The notes under the pieces were generated by a model that saw only the letters and a program-made list of their open reading frames with translations, did no database searches and had not been told where the DNA came from. The position numbers were made by a program, and so were the translations under genes. A stretch of 64,000 nucleotides of DNA, taken from Candidatus Nomurabacteria bacterium RIFCSPLOWO2_01_FULL_41_18. GTDB lineage: Bacteria; Patescibacteriota; Minisyncoccia; Phycocordibacterales; UBA9973. This document shows positions 8,583 to 16,977 of the stretch, piece by piece (the stretch's first letter is position 1; every line of letters begins with the position of its first letter). The stretch is from the NCBI GenBank assembly GCA_001785865.1, contig MFUZ01000006.1, positions 111,307 to 175,306 of the forward strand, in the 5' to 3' direction.

Positions 8583-10316
8583 CTAGGCAGGGTCAAAATA
8601 CTCGGGAGTATTGACAGACATCCAGTCTAGAAGTTTGCGCATGACGGATGTGGCGTTTACGTTGTTTATGGCTGGGCCGGATTCCATAACGATTGTAAAG
8701 GCAAATTTAGGGTTTTCATATGGGAAGAAGCCGATAACCCAAGAATTGACCCTTTTTTTCGCGACTCCGATCTCGGCAGTACCGGTTTTCGCGACTACTT
8801 TTACATAAGGTACGTTCAAGGATACAGCGGTGCCGTATGTTACTGCTTGTCGCATGCCGTCATGCACGACGTCGTAATATTCTTTTTTTAAGTCTATGGT
8901 TTCAAATTTTTCTTCCATTTTTTTGTCTCCCATAATAAAATGTGGAGTGAGCATCTTGCCAAAGTTCGCGATCGCGGCGGTGGCGCGCACGGCTTCGAGC
9001 GGAGTGACTTGAAATCCGTACTGGCCGATCGAGGTATGGTAAGTGTTTCCGATGCGCCATGGATCGTCCCCGAAATTCTTTAGTTTCCATGCGGGGCTCG
9101 GGATTGTCCCCTTCACTTCTCCAGCGAGGTCGATGCCAGTTTTCTGATCAAAGCCGAAAAGTTTCGCATATTTTTCCAGGTTCAATATACCCAAGCCTTT
9201 TTGATCCTCGAATCCTCCGCCGATCTCATAAAAATATACGTCGGAAGAAACCGCGAGAGCCTCGGCCATATTTGTCCAGCCGTTTACTCTCCAGTCTTTA
9301 AAAACCGTTTTTTGGTCAGGGAAATAAGGATTTGGAATAGAGATGGATCCGGTCGACAAGATTTTCTTTGAAGGATCGATCACGTTTTCCGCCAAAGCTC
9401 CAAGAGAAAAGAAGGGCTTTATGATCGAACCCGGTGTGTAGAGCCCTGAAACAGTCCGGTTTAGGAAAAATTTTCTCTCATCATGGATGTATTCATTTAT
9501 TTGTTTGGTGTCTTTGCCGAGCGATAAAATTTCTGAATCGTATTCCGGAAAACTTGTCGAAGATATTATCTCTCCATTCTGGACATCCATGATGATTCCA
9601 GCTCCGCCTGTAAATCCGTTTGTTTCCGATAATTCTTGGATGGATGAAAACAATTTCGCTTGTATTCTGGAGTCCAGGCTAGTTACCAGATCGTCTCCCT
9701 CCTTTGGTGCATTCACGATATTGAATGAATGGATGGTTCCCTTTGCGTCGGTTTCTATCATTTTTGATCCGTTTTCTCCTTTTATTTTTTCATGATATTC
9801 TTTTTCCAAGCCATTGATGCCCTCAAATTCAGTTTTCCAATAATTTCCCTCCGCATCCTTCGCGGGATAGCTCACATAGCCTAATACATGTGAAAATCCA
9901 GGAGACAAATAGGTGCGGATATACGGCAGATCCTCTTTAGGGTCAGGACTAGCAAGTGAAATTTCTACCAGCGAATCCGTCTTCTGATTCCAGGCGAGCT
10001 CTTTCATGTTTCGGTCATAAATTATTCCTCTTTCCGTAAAGATGTTAATGCTTTTCAATGTATTTTCTTCGCTTCGCTCCCTATACATATCTCCGTTTTC
10101 GATCTGCAAATAGGAGAGGCGTATAAGAAATACTAAAGTAATTAAAAGAAAAGAAGCGCCAAGCAAATTAATGGTAATTCTTGGGATTGGCTGTTCTATC
10201 CTGCCTTCAAATTGTTGGCGGTCAAAATTTTGTAAGTTCTTGGAATCAAGGAAGATCTCATCCGGATCCACCAACGCATTTATATTTCTTTTTTTTCTAA
10301 ATTTACGGAAAAACAT
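8583..10316 (-). CDS. Penicillin-binding protein 2 / FtsI-type peptidoglycan D,D-transpeptidase.
   Basis: N-terminal TM, dimerisation domain, and the transpeptidase motifs SxxK (GSIIKPF) and KTG (AKTGTAE). Confidence 0.85.
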   Translation of the reverse strand: MFFRKFRKKRNINALVDPDEIFLDSKNLQNFDRQQFEGRIEQPIPRITINLLGASFLLITLVFLIRLSYLQIENGDMYRERSEENTLKSINIFTERGIIYDRNMKELAWNQKTDSLVEISLASPDPKEDLPYIRTYLSPGFSHVLGYVSYPAKDAEGNYWKTEFEGINGLEKEYHEKIKGENGSKMIETDAKGTIHSFNIVNAPKEGDDLVTSLDSRIQAKLFSSIQELSETNGFTGGAGIIMDVQNGEIISSTSFPEYDSEILSLGKDTKQINEYIHDERKFFLNRTVSGLYTPGSIIKPFFSLGALAENVIDPSKKILSTGSISIPNPYFPDQKTVFKDWRVNGWTNMAEALAVSSDVYFYEIGGGFEDQKGLGILNLEKYAKLFGFDQKTGIDLAGEVKGTIPSPAWKLKNFGDDPWRIGNTYHTSIGQYGFQVTPLEAVRATAAIANFGKMLTPHFIMGDKKMEEKFETIDLKKEYYDVVHDGMRQAVTYGTAVSLNVPYVKVVAKTGTAEIGVAKKRVNSWVIGFFPYENPKFAFTIVMESGPAINNVNATSVMRKLLDWMSVNTPEYFDPA

Positions 10317-10320
10317 TTTT

Positions 10321-10593
10321 TTATTTGTATCTTGAATGAAACCTCAATTTTTTTTTCAAGGTCTCTAGGAGTATGAAGCAAGTGAGCGCAATGCCAAAGC
10401 AAACATAGACCATATCAAACAAGGACGGGGAAGGCGTGGCGTAAAGAAAATCTGCGACTAGGAAAATGAATACTGCTTCCAGGAAAAAAGAAAAATACGC
10501 CATGCCGGCAAACGCTAAGATGACTGATACCCAAAATGGCATAAAAAGCATGGAAAGTAAAAGTATGACAGAGGCTAAAATTCTAAGTAACAT
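10321..10593 (-). CDS. Small hypothetical membrane protein (about 3 TM).
   Basis: Hydrophobic 90-aa ORF immediately upstream of, and co-oriented with, the PBP gene. Confidence 0.35.
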   Translation of the reverse strand: MLLRILASVILLLSMLFMPFWVSVILAFAGMAYFSFFLEAVFIFLVADFLYATPSPSLFDMVYVCFGIALTCFILLETLKKKLRFHSRYK

Positions 10594-10631
10594 ATCCTTA
10601 TATTACAGACTTTATATAAAAATAAATAGAA

Positions 10632-10660
10632 TTGACAGGAATTCATATCGGGTGTATAAT
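10632..10660 (+). promoter_or_regulatory. Near-perfect consensus sigma70 promoter (TTGACA, 17-nt spacer, TGnTATAAT) driving a small GC-rich transcript.
   Basis: ttgaca at 10632-10637, a 17-nt spacer, and tgtataat ending at 10660 (extended -10). Confidence 0.5.
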
Positions 10661-10743
10661 ATATGGGTAAGTGGTTCCTTGAAACTTTAGAGGGTGTTGC
10701 CATAACTTTTAGCGTATAAAAATATTTTTGTAAATTAAAAGTT

Positions 10744-10929
10744 ATGACAACCACTAGTAGGACGGTGACCTTCCCTTGTCCGTCGAGTGAGGGCAAGGAC
10801 GTCGTTGACCATGTTGTTAACGAGGATACAAAGATGCATACCTCAAGTATCATCTTCATCGGCGACGACCAGCTCAGGGTTATGGTAAGTGGGTTTGGGT
10901 ATGGTGTCGTTTTTTGGCATATTGGATGA
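10744..10929 (+). CDS. Hypothetical 61-aa ORF within the GC-rich transcript. It could instead be part of an ncRNA.
   Basis: Lies between the consensus promoter (10632-10660) and the terminator (10967-11000). GC content is clearly above the local background. Confidence 0.2.
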   Translation: MTTTSRTVTFPCPSSEGKDVVDHVVNEDTKMHTSSIIFIGDDQLRVMVSGFGYGVVFWHIG

Positions 10930-10966
10930 TGCCCTCGCATTAGTTGCGTGAATATCAACAAAAAAC

Positions 10967-11000
10967 ACTACCGCTTCCTCTGGGGCGGTAGTTTCATTTT
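10967..11000. terminator. Bidirectional rho-independent terminator. Ends purB on the minus strand (strong T-run) and the small plus-strand transcript.
   Basis: actaccgc...gcggtagt forms an 8-bp stem, followed on the plus strand by tttcatttt and on the minus strand by tgttttttgtt. Confidence 0.55.
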
Positions 11001-11004
11001 ATAT

Positions 11005-12384
11005 TTAAGAAAGTTTTGATGCCAACCCTATATAATTCTCTGGAGTAATTTTCAAGAGTTCTTTTTTTATCTTAGTATCGATTTCGAGAGAATTGATAAA
11101 CGTGTGGATGTCTAAGAGGGTGATTTCCTTGCCTCTAGTGAGCTCCTTTAATTTTTCATACGGCATAGTCACGCCCTCCCGGCGCAAAATAGTCTGGATG
11201 GCTTCGGTGATAATTTCCGGGTGACTTTTTAAATCCCTCAAGACTTTTTCTTTATTTACCGCTATTCTACCTAATTGATTATTTAAATATTTAAAGCCTA
11301 TCAGACTGTAGGAAAAAGCCGTGCCTATGTTTCTAAGGACTGTAGAGTCCGACAGATCTCTCTGTAGCCTGGAAATTGCGAGCTTTCTTCCTAAGAATTC
11401 GAATAAAACATTTGCGGTTCCTAGATTTCCTTCACTATTTTCCAAAAACCACGGATTTATTTTATGAGGCATGGTGGAGGATCCCACTTCCCCTTCTATT
11501 GGTCTTTGGCTAATCCAATTGTCGCTGATATAACGCCACAAATCCTGGTTGAAATTTATGATAATGGAATTTATACGTTTCATGATATCAAAAATTTCAA
11601 TATAGCTGTCGTGGGGTTCTATTTGAGTAGTATATAAATTTACTTCTAACGGAACTCCTCTAAATTTTCCAATTTTGGGAATTAATGAAGAGGAAAATTT
11701 TATCCAATCAATTTTAGGGTAAGCCACAGAGAGGGCGTTGTAATTTCCCGTAGCCCCATTCAATTTGGCCAATATCTTGTGATTTTTTAATTGGTTTGTT
11801 TGACGTTTTAATCTTTCTTCAAAAATTTTAAATTCCTTTCCAAAAGTAGTAGGCGATGCGGGTTGTCCATGAGTTCTGGCAAGCATTGCAATGTTTTTAT
11901 TATCTTTTGCCAGCTTGCCTATTTTTCTGACGATATCTTCCAAGGCAGGAAAATATACATGCTCCACACTTTCGCCGATCATCAAGGCATAAGCGATGTT
12001 GCCCGCATCTTCACTGGTCAGGCCGAAATGCACAAATTCGAGAACATCATTCAAGCTTGTTTTGCGAAGTTTTTCTTTAATAAAATATTCTATCGCCTTG
12101 AAATCATGATTCGTAGCTTTTATATTTTTATATCCCTTTGTTTCAATTTTATTTATTATACTTACATCATGACTTCCTAAATTGTACAAATTTCTAACAA
12201 TTTCTTTTTCTTTTTGAGAGAATTTTCTTAAATTTATGCCGCTTGTTTCGGATAACGCGATCAAATACTCACCTTCCACAATGATTTTATATTTCATGGA
12301 TGCGGCTTCACTGAAATAAGAAATCAAATCCTTCGTATATTTTTCGTAACGTCCGTCAATTGGCGAAATTGAATTTAGTGACAT
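11005..12384 (-). CDS. purB: Adenylosuccinate lyase.
   Basis: MSLNSISPIDGRYEKYT... with full-length fumarate-lyase family similarity; the signature was read by eye. Confidence 0.9.
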   Translation of the reverse strand: MSLNSISPIDGRYEKYTKDLISYFSEAASMKYKIIVEGEYLIALSETSGINLRKFSQKEKEIVRNLYNLGSHDVSIINKIETKGYKNIKATNHDFKAIEYFIKEKLRKTSLNDVLEFVHFGLTSEDAGNIAYALMIGESVEHVYFPALEDIVRKIGKLAKDNKNIAMLARTHGQPASPTTFGKEFKIFEERLKRQTNQLKNHKILAKLNGATGNYNALSVAYPKIDWIKFSSSLIPKIGKFRGVPLEVNLYTTQIEPHDSYIEIFDIMKRINSIIINFNQDLWRYISDNWISQRPIEGEVGSSTMPHKINPWFLENSEGNLGTANVLFEFLGRKLAISRLQRDLSDSTVLRNIGTAFSYSLIGFKYLNNQLGRIAVNKEKVLRDLKSHPEIITEAIQTILRREGVTMPYEKLKELTRGKEITLLDIHTFINSLEIDTKIKKELLKITPENYIGLASKLS

Positions 12385-12398
12385 AAAATTATTACTTT

Positions 12399-13637
12399 TT
12401 AATTACTAACTATTAATGGCCGTTTCCAGAAGTGTAATATGATAAAAGCTATAATAACAAATATCGTCATGGTTATCATAGCAATTTTATATGAAAATGG
12501 CTCGGTACCGAAGAACCATATTACTCCTCCCCAAGCGAGTGGTCCCAGAAAGGTAGAAAAACGTTCAGAAAGGGTATAAAAAGAAAAGCCATAGCCCATT
12601 TCTTCGCTCGAAAGCAAAGTGCTCAAATATGCGCGAGAAGTTGCCCACATGGAGCCTATTAGTACGCCCACCAGCACAGTTGTAATTATAAATACGGTAA
12701 AATTTGGAGCCAGGGCAACAGCGGGTAACGCAATGATCCACCCTACAAGAATTATTTTAAAGGTTTTTAGTACGCCTATCCTGTCGCCTATCCATCCAGC
12801 GACGATGCCACCCAAGGCCGACATGATCAGTATTGCCATCAAAAGTATTGATTTTGTTTTGTCAGGCACAGAAAACACTCGTTCCATATATATCGAATAA
12901 TTATTGCTTGCGGTGATCACAGCGTCACTCAGAAAGAAAAAGGCCAATAACATCGGTGTTGCTAATGATAATGTCATAAAAGTAAAAAATTTCTTTTTGA
13001 AAATTATTGTTTCACTTTTTAGAATTTGAAAGCTTACTCTTTTCTCTTTTGGTTTTGAGTCTTTATAAAAGATCATCATTGGTAGTGCCAAAACAAAGAA
13101 AATAATTACCGAGGGAATAAGCGGGGCAAGTCTCGAGTCTGAAAGTGGCAGAGTGATGAGTAGGCCTACCACTTGGCCAAGTGCGTTTGAAAATTGTCCG
13201 ATCCCGGAAGCTCGCGCCCTATGGCTGGTATCGGCAATTTCCTCCAGCATTGGATTGTAAAAAATAAAGGCCAGCTGATAAAAATATTGTCCTATTAAAA
13301 AGAGGATCGCAATAAGGAAAATATTAGGCTCACTAAACCCGGAAAATATCGCAGCCAGACCATAGCATACAAAAGTGCCAATCGTAGAAATATTCAAGAA
13401 AAATTTTCTTCCACCATGCTTGTCGGTGAATGCTGCCAACGAGGGAGCGCTAAAAAATAACATTACCGTGGCTATGGCAAAAATTGCGTTGTACCAAAAA
13501 TCAGAAAGTCCGCCATTTACTACGATCCATGTCGCAAAATAAAGGACGAAATTAATAAAAGCTATTGAATTCGCAAAATCATAGAGTGACCATAGGAAAA
13601 GTTTTTTCTTGTTCATGGTTCTATATACTATCACCAT
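12399..13637 (-). CDS. MFS-type transporter. An alternative start at 13616 (MNKKK) is possible.
   Basis: About 12 predicted TM helices and the typical MFS loop composition. Confidence 0.65.
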   Translation of the reverse strand: MVIVYRTMNKKKLFLWSLYDFANSIAFINFVLYFATWIVVNGGLSDFWYNAIFAIATVMLFFSAPSLAAFTDKHGGRKFFLNISTIGTFVCYGLAAIFSGFSEPNIFLIAILFLIGQYFYQLAFIFYNPMLEEIADTSHRARASGIGQFSNALGQVVGLLITLPLSDSRLAPLIPSVIIFFVLALPMMIFYKDSKPKEKRVSFQILKSETIIFKKKFFTFMTLSLATPMLLAFFFLSDAVITASNNYSIYMERVFSVPDKTKSILLMAILIMSALGGIVAGWIGDRIGVLKTFKIILVGWIIALPAVALAPNFTVFIITTVLVGVLIGSMWATSRAYLSTLLSSEEMGYGFSFYTLSERFSTFLGPLAWGGVIWFFGTEPFSYKIAMITMTIFVIIAFIILHFWKRPLIVSN

Positions 13638-13659
13638 GACCCTCGGTTTGTCGAATGGG

Positions 13660-14595
13660 TCATATCATATATTCCTTCAGATTACCTTCGATGCGTTTTC
13701 CAATGTCTCCGGTTTCCACTTTGAATGGAAGGCCGGTGATCTGCTCGTAGATCTGGATGTATCTTTCAGATAGTTCTTGCACCAAGTCCGCTGGAGCTGC
13801 CGGCAGGACTTCATCTTTATATGGATCGCAATTTTCCTTGAACCATAAACGCAAAAATTCTTTGTCAAAATTCTCAGGTTCTAATCCTTTTTTAATACGA
13901 TCTTCGTAAGTCTTCGCCTGCCAATATCGGCTTGAGTCCGGCGTGTGGATCTCGTCTACTAGCATCACTTCGCCGTCTGGCGTGAGGCCAAATTCGTATT
14001 TGGTGTCGACAAGGATGAGACCGTGCTTGAGGGCTATCTCCTGTCCACGTTTGAATAGTCGCAGAGAAATATCGGCGACCTTTTCCCAGAGATCCTTGGT
14101 CATATAGCCGTTGTAGATGATGTCCTTGCTCGAAAGCGGGCGGTCGTGGTCCTCGGACTTGGTCGTCGGAGTGAGGACTACTTGATCCAATTTTTGATTC
14201 TTGTGCATGCCATCCGGCAGGATGAAGTCTCCGAAGTTTCGCTCCCCTTTTTTATAAAGTGTCCAGAGGCTGGTGCCCGTGATTCCGGTAATATATCCTC
14301 GTACTACCATTTCGATAGGAATAACTTTGCATTTTTTGCCCACCACCACGTTCGGATCAGGAAAATCTATCACATGGTTCTGCACAATGTCTTTCGTGTG
14401 TTCAAACCAGAAACGGCTGACACCAGTCAATACTTGGCCTTTTGAAGGAATGAGCGCTAAGTTTCTGTCAAAAGCAGAATATCTGTCGGTGGAGATCAAG
14501 ATCACCTTATCATCCTGGCTGTATACATCCCTGACTTTACCGGTGTACTTTGCTCCTAAATTTTTAAAATCTGTTTTTTCTAAAATGTTGCTCAT
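13660..14595 (-). CDS. purC: Phosphoribosylaminoimidazole-succinocarboxamide synthase (SAICAR synthetase), long form.
   Basis: SAICAR synthetase motifs (…LISTDRYSAFD…, …GLILVDTKYEFG…). Confidence 0.9.
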   Translation of the reverse strand: MSNILEKTDFKNLGAKYTGKVRDVYSQDDKVILISTDRYSAFDRNLALIPSKGQVLTGVSRFWFEHTKDIVQNHVIDFPDPNVVVGKKCKVIPIEMVVRGYITGITGTSLWTLYKKGERNFGDFILPDGMHKNQKLDQVVLTPTTKSEDHDRPLSSKDIIYNGYMTKDLWEKVADISLRLFKRGQEIALKHGLILVDTKYEFGLTPDGEVMLVDEIHTPDSSRYWQAKTYEDRIKKGLEPENFDKEFLRLWFKENCDPYKDEVLPAAPADLVQELSERYIQIYEQITGLPFKVETGDIGKRIEGNLKEYMI

Positions 14596-14600
14596 GTTAT

Positions 14601-15758
14601 TTATTTATAAATAATTTTGTGACCTTTAGTTAATTTAGAAATTATTGAAACTTGGGGAGTGCTCTCTTTTGTAATCTTTCCTACAGCCTTTGCTTTAATT
14701 CCAAAATCCTTTCCTCTTTTAATGCAATAATCTACATCCTTCTCATCTATAATTAATAACATACCTTGTCCTCCATGCCAAATCTCATAAAATTCCTCGT
14801 CGGTAACTTTTCTCCATTCTGCGCACTGTCTCATGATCGTAGGTGGCTCCCATAAATCAAAAAGTTCCGCTGAGAGTTTTTGCGGGAAAAGAATATCTTT
14901 TGCCAGCTTTTCCTTAAAGGCTCCTCCGGAAAGATGGATGACCGAGTGAAGAACGATTTTCGGTTTAAAATCCTTATTGAACCAGCCATGAAGTGTATTT
15001 ACAAAATTATCATACAGGACAGAAGGAGTCGCTGCTTGCTTTATGGCTTTTTTGGCTTTAGGATTTTTCCACCATTCTTTTCCAAATTTTTCTTTTAGAG
15101 CCTTGCGTAGAGTGCTGATTCCATTGCAACGGAATCCATTTTCTTTCAGGGCAATGATCACCTGCCCAACCTTCAAACTTTGACTCGTTATCATTTTATC
15201 TTTATGATAAGCGCCGATCATTGTTCCTGACCAATTCAATTTAGTTTTGGAGTTAGCAATCTCTGAACCTATCGCATCTCCCATTTGGGCTGTTTCCCCC
15301 TTTAAGACAACAATTTTTGACTGTTTTGCAACGGTACCTAACCCCGAAATTGCGCTTTTGTATGCTTTGCTGACTGCATCACCCTCATTGCCTATTGAAG
15401 TAGTATCAAAAACATTAATAAATATTAGAGGAATACCGCCAAATCGGGTAATATCGCTTGCTGTCATCGCGATAATGTCGTAAGCGGCTAAATTATGGGT
15501 CTTAGCGGCGTCAATAATGATGCCCTTAGTTCCGATCCCATCTGTGGACGCTTCAATAAGAAAATTGTCAGGAAGATTTTTAAAAGTAAACGGACGAGGC
15601 CCGCGAAAATTTCCTCCTGAGAGGTCGTGGACCTCTACAAACGGAGAATTTTTATAGCTTGCCTTGCATACTGACCCGGCGAAACTACTAAATAAAGATT
15701 CTTCTTCTACGTCCACTCCATCTTTAGAGTAAATCTTTTTTTTGGTCGTTTCGCTCAT
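14601..15758 (-). CDS. purM: Phosphoribosylformylglycinamidine cyclo-ligase (AIR synthetase). Start is probably the MSETTKK Met at 15758, not the track's 15809.
   Basis: Motif 'YSKDGVDVEEE...STDGIGTKG' (DGxGTK) of the PurM family. The ATG at 15756-15758 abuts the purE stop codon. Confidence 0.85.
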   Translation of the reverse strand: MSETTKKKIYSKDGVDVEEESLFSSFAGSVCKASYKNSPFVEVHDLSGGNFRGPRPFTFKNLPDNFLIEASTDGIGTKGIIIDAAKTHNLAAYDIIAMTASDITRFGGIPLIFINVFDTTSIGNEGDAVSKAYKSAISGLGTVAKQSKIVVLKGETAQMGDAIGSEIANSKTKLNWSGTMIGAYHKDKMITSQSLKVGQVIIALKENGFRCNGISTLRKALKEKFGKEWWKNPKAKKAIKQAATPSVLYDNFVNTLHGWFNKDFKPKIVLHSVIHLSGGAFKEKLAKDILFPQKLSAELFDLWEPPTIMRQCAEWRKVTDEEFYEIWHGGQGMLLIIDEKDVDYCIKRGKDFGIKAKAVGKITKESTPQVSIISKLTKGHKIIYK

Positions 15759-15759
15759 T

Positions 15760-16281
15760 TTATTTTTCCTGCAGATATTTTTTGTAGCCGATCTTGGAGA
15801 GCTTTTCACCTTTTGTTCTGTTATCCTCTTCCAGTTTCTTCTTGTATTCGGTCAATTTTTTTTCTAAAACTTCGTCGCTCGTCGCTAGTATTTGGACTGC
15901 CAAAAGGCCGGCATTCTTGCCGGCATTGATACCGACGGTGGCCACAGGCACTCCGGGAGGCATCCCCGCCGTGGAAAGGAGCGAATCGAGACCGTCCAAG
16001 CTCTTTGCCTTGGTCGGCACGCCGATGACCGGTAAAGTTGTGAGAGATGCGGTGACTCCGGCCAAATGCGCCGCTCCGCCCGCACCGGCGATGATGACTT
16101 TGAGTCCTCTGTCTTTGGCGCTGGTCACATATTTGTGCACAATGTTCGGAGCGCGATGCGCGGAAGATACATTCATTTCATAATCCACTCCGAACTCTTC
16201 GAGAACTTTTGCGGCCTCGGCCATTATTTCGAGATCAGTATCCGAGCCCATGATTATGCCCACTTTGATGTTTTTGTTCAT
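15760..16281 (-). CDS. purE: N5-CAIR mutase / AIR carboxylase catalytic subunit.
   Basis: VGIIMGSDTD...SAHR...AGGAAHLAG are PurE signatures. Confidence 0.9.
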   Translation of the reverse strand: MNKNIKVGIIMGSDTDLEIMAEAAKVLEEFGVDYEMNVSSAHRAPNIVHKYVTSAKDRGLKVIIAGAGGAAHLAGVTASLTTLPVIGVPTKAKSLDGLDSLLSTAGMPPGVPVATVGINAGKNAGLLAVQILATSDEVLEKKLTEYKKKLEEDNRTKGEKLSKIGYKKYLQEK

Positions 16282-16328
16282 GGATTTATCTTATCATTTT
16301 TTTAAAATGAAACAAGTTTAAAAAAAAG

Positions 16329-16350
16329 AGACCAGCAGTTACGCTGGTCT
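16329..16350 (-). terminator. Rho-independent terminator on the minus strand, downstream of small ORF 16357-16521.
   Basis: agaccagc-agttac-gctggtct forms an 8-bp stem and is followed on the minus strand by a T8 run. Confidence 0.5.
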
Positions 16351-16356
16351 TGTTAA

Positions 16357-16521
16357 CTGAAAACGGATTATTGTGGTGGCGCTATTTGCCACTCACCTTC
16401 CCGCTGTTTGATCTTTTCAGCGAGTCCGGGTATTACAATACCCGGATAGAGGGGTTCCTCGGCCATTTTGAGCGGGCCTTGGTGTACAGGTTGTTTTGGT
16501 TTTTCGTCAGACGGTGCATTG
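16357..16521 (-). CDS. Hypothetical 54-aa protein (MADNAPSDEKPKQPVHQGPLKMAEEPLYPGIVIPGLAEKIKQREGEWQIAPPQ) in a GC-rich insert.
   Basis: ORF read manually. It is below the track's size cut-off and has its own terminator. Confidence 0.25.
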
Positions 16522-16684
16522 TCTGCCATAGGTTTTATTGGTTGTTGCGGTTGATGCTATGGCCCCTGTGTATTTAGTTAGAAGAACAGGAGTCTTATTA
16601 AAAATATCAAAATATTTTTGTATAGTCAAATTTTATAAAATAAAAAGCCGGCGCTGGTGGGCGCTGGCTTTCGCGATACGAAGA

Positions 16685-16924
16685 TCATGCGAGTATTTGC
16701 TCGCTTGCGTATTTCTCGTAAAGACGAGCGCCTGCTTCGTCCAGGCATTCTAGGATCGGCTGATCCAGTGCATCTACCAACCCCCACACTCCCTCTCCGA
16801 ACGGCTCGACTGGAAGGAGTTGTGCCTTCCAGGGACGTAGGTGGGTCTTGTCGAGCTCATCAAACATGTTGGAGAGCTGGGCTTGTAGCCTTTCATCGGT
16901 AAACGGATTACGTGTGCTTATCAT
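16685..16924 (-). CDS. Hypothetical 79-aa protein in a GC-rich insert, with its own downstream hairpin and T-run (about 16644-16672).
   Basis: ORF lies in a compositionally distinct GC-rich block between purE and guaA. An imperfect stem agccggcgc/gcgctggct is followed on the minus strand by a T-rich tract. Confidence 0.3.
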   Translation of the reverse strand: MISTRNPFTDERLQAQLSNMFDELDKTHLRPWKAQLLPVEPFGEGVWGLVDALDQPILECLDEAGARLYEKYASEQILA

Positions 16925-16977
16925 AATAATTTATTGCACAGTAACATTTTTTTACTTTTTAGTAAAGGTCAACGTTC

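Noticed and set aside
10660-10745. Purine (guanine/adenine) riboswitch at the 5' end of the orphan transcript near the purine genes.
   Set aside because: By eye there is no match to the conserved J1/2, J2/3 and P2/P3 loop consensus.
10575-10961. 128-aa minus-strand ORF overlapping the GC-rich orphan transcript.
   Set aside because: It runs antisense to the strong plus-strand promoter and terminator logic. Its composition is Cys- and Leu-rich nonsense with no start context.
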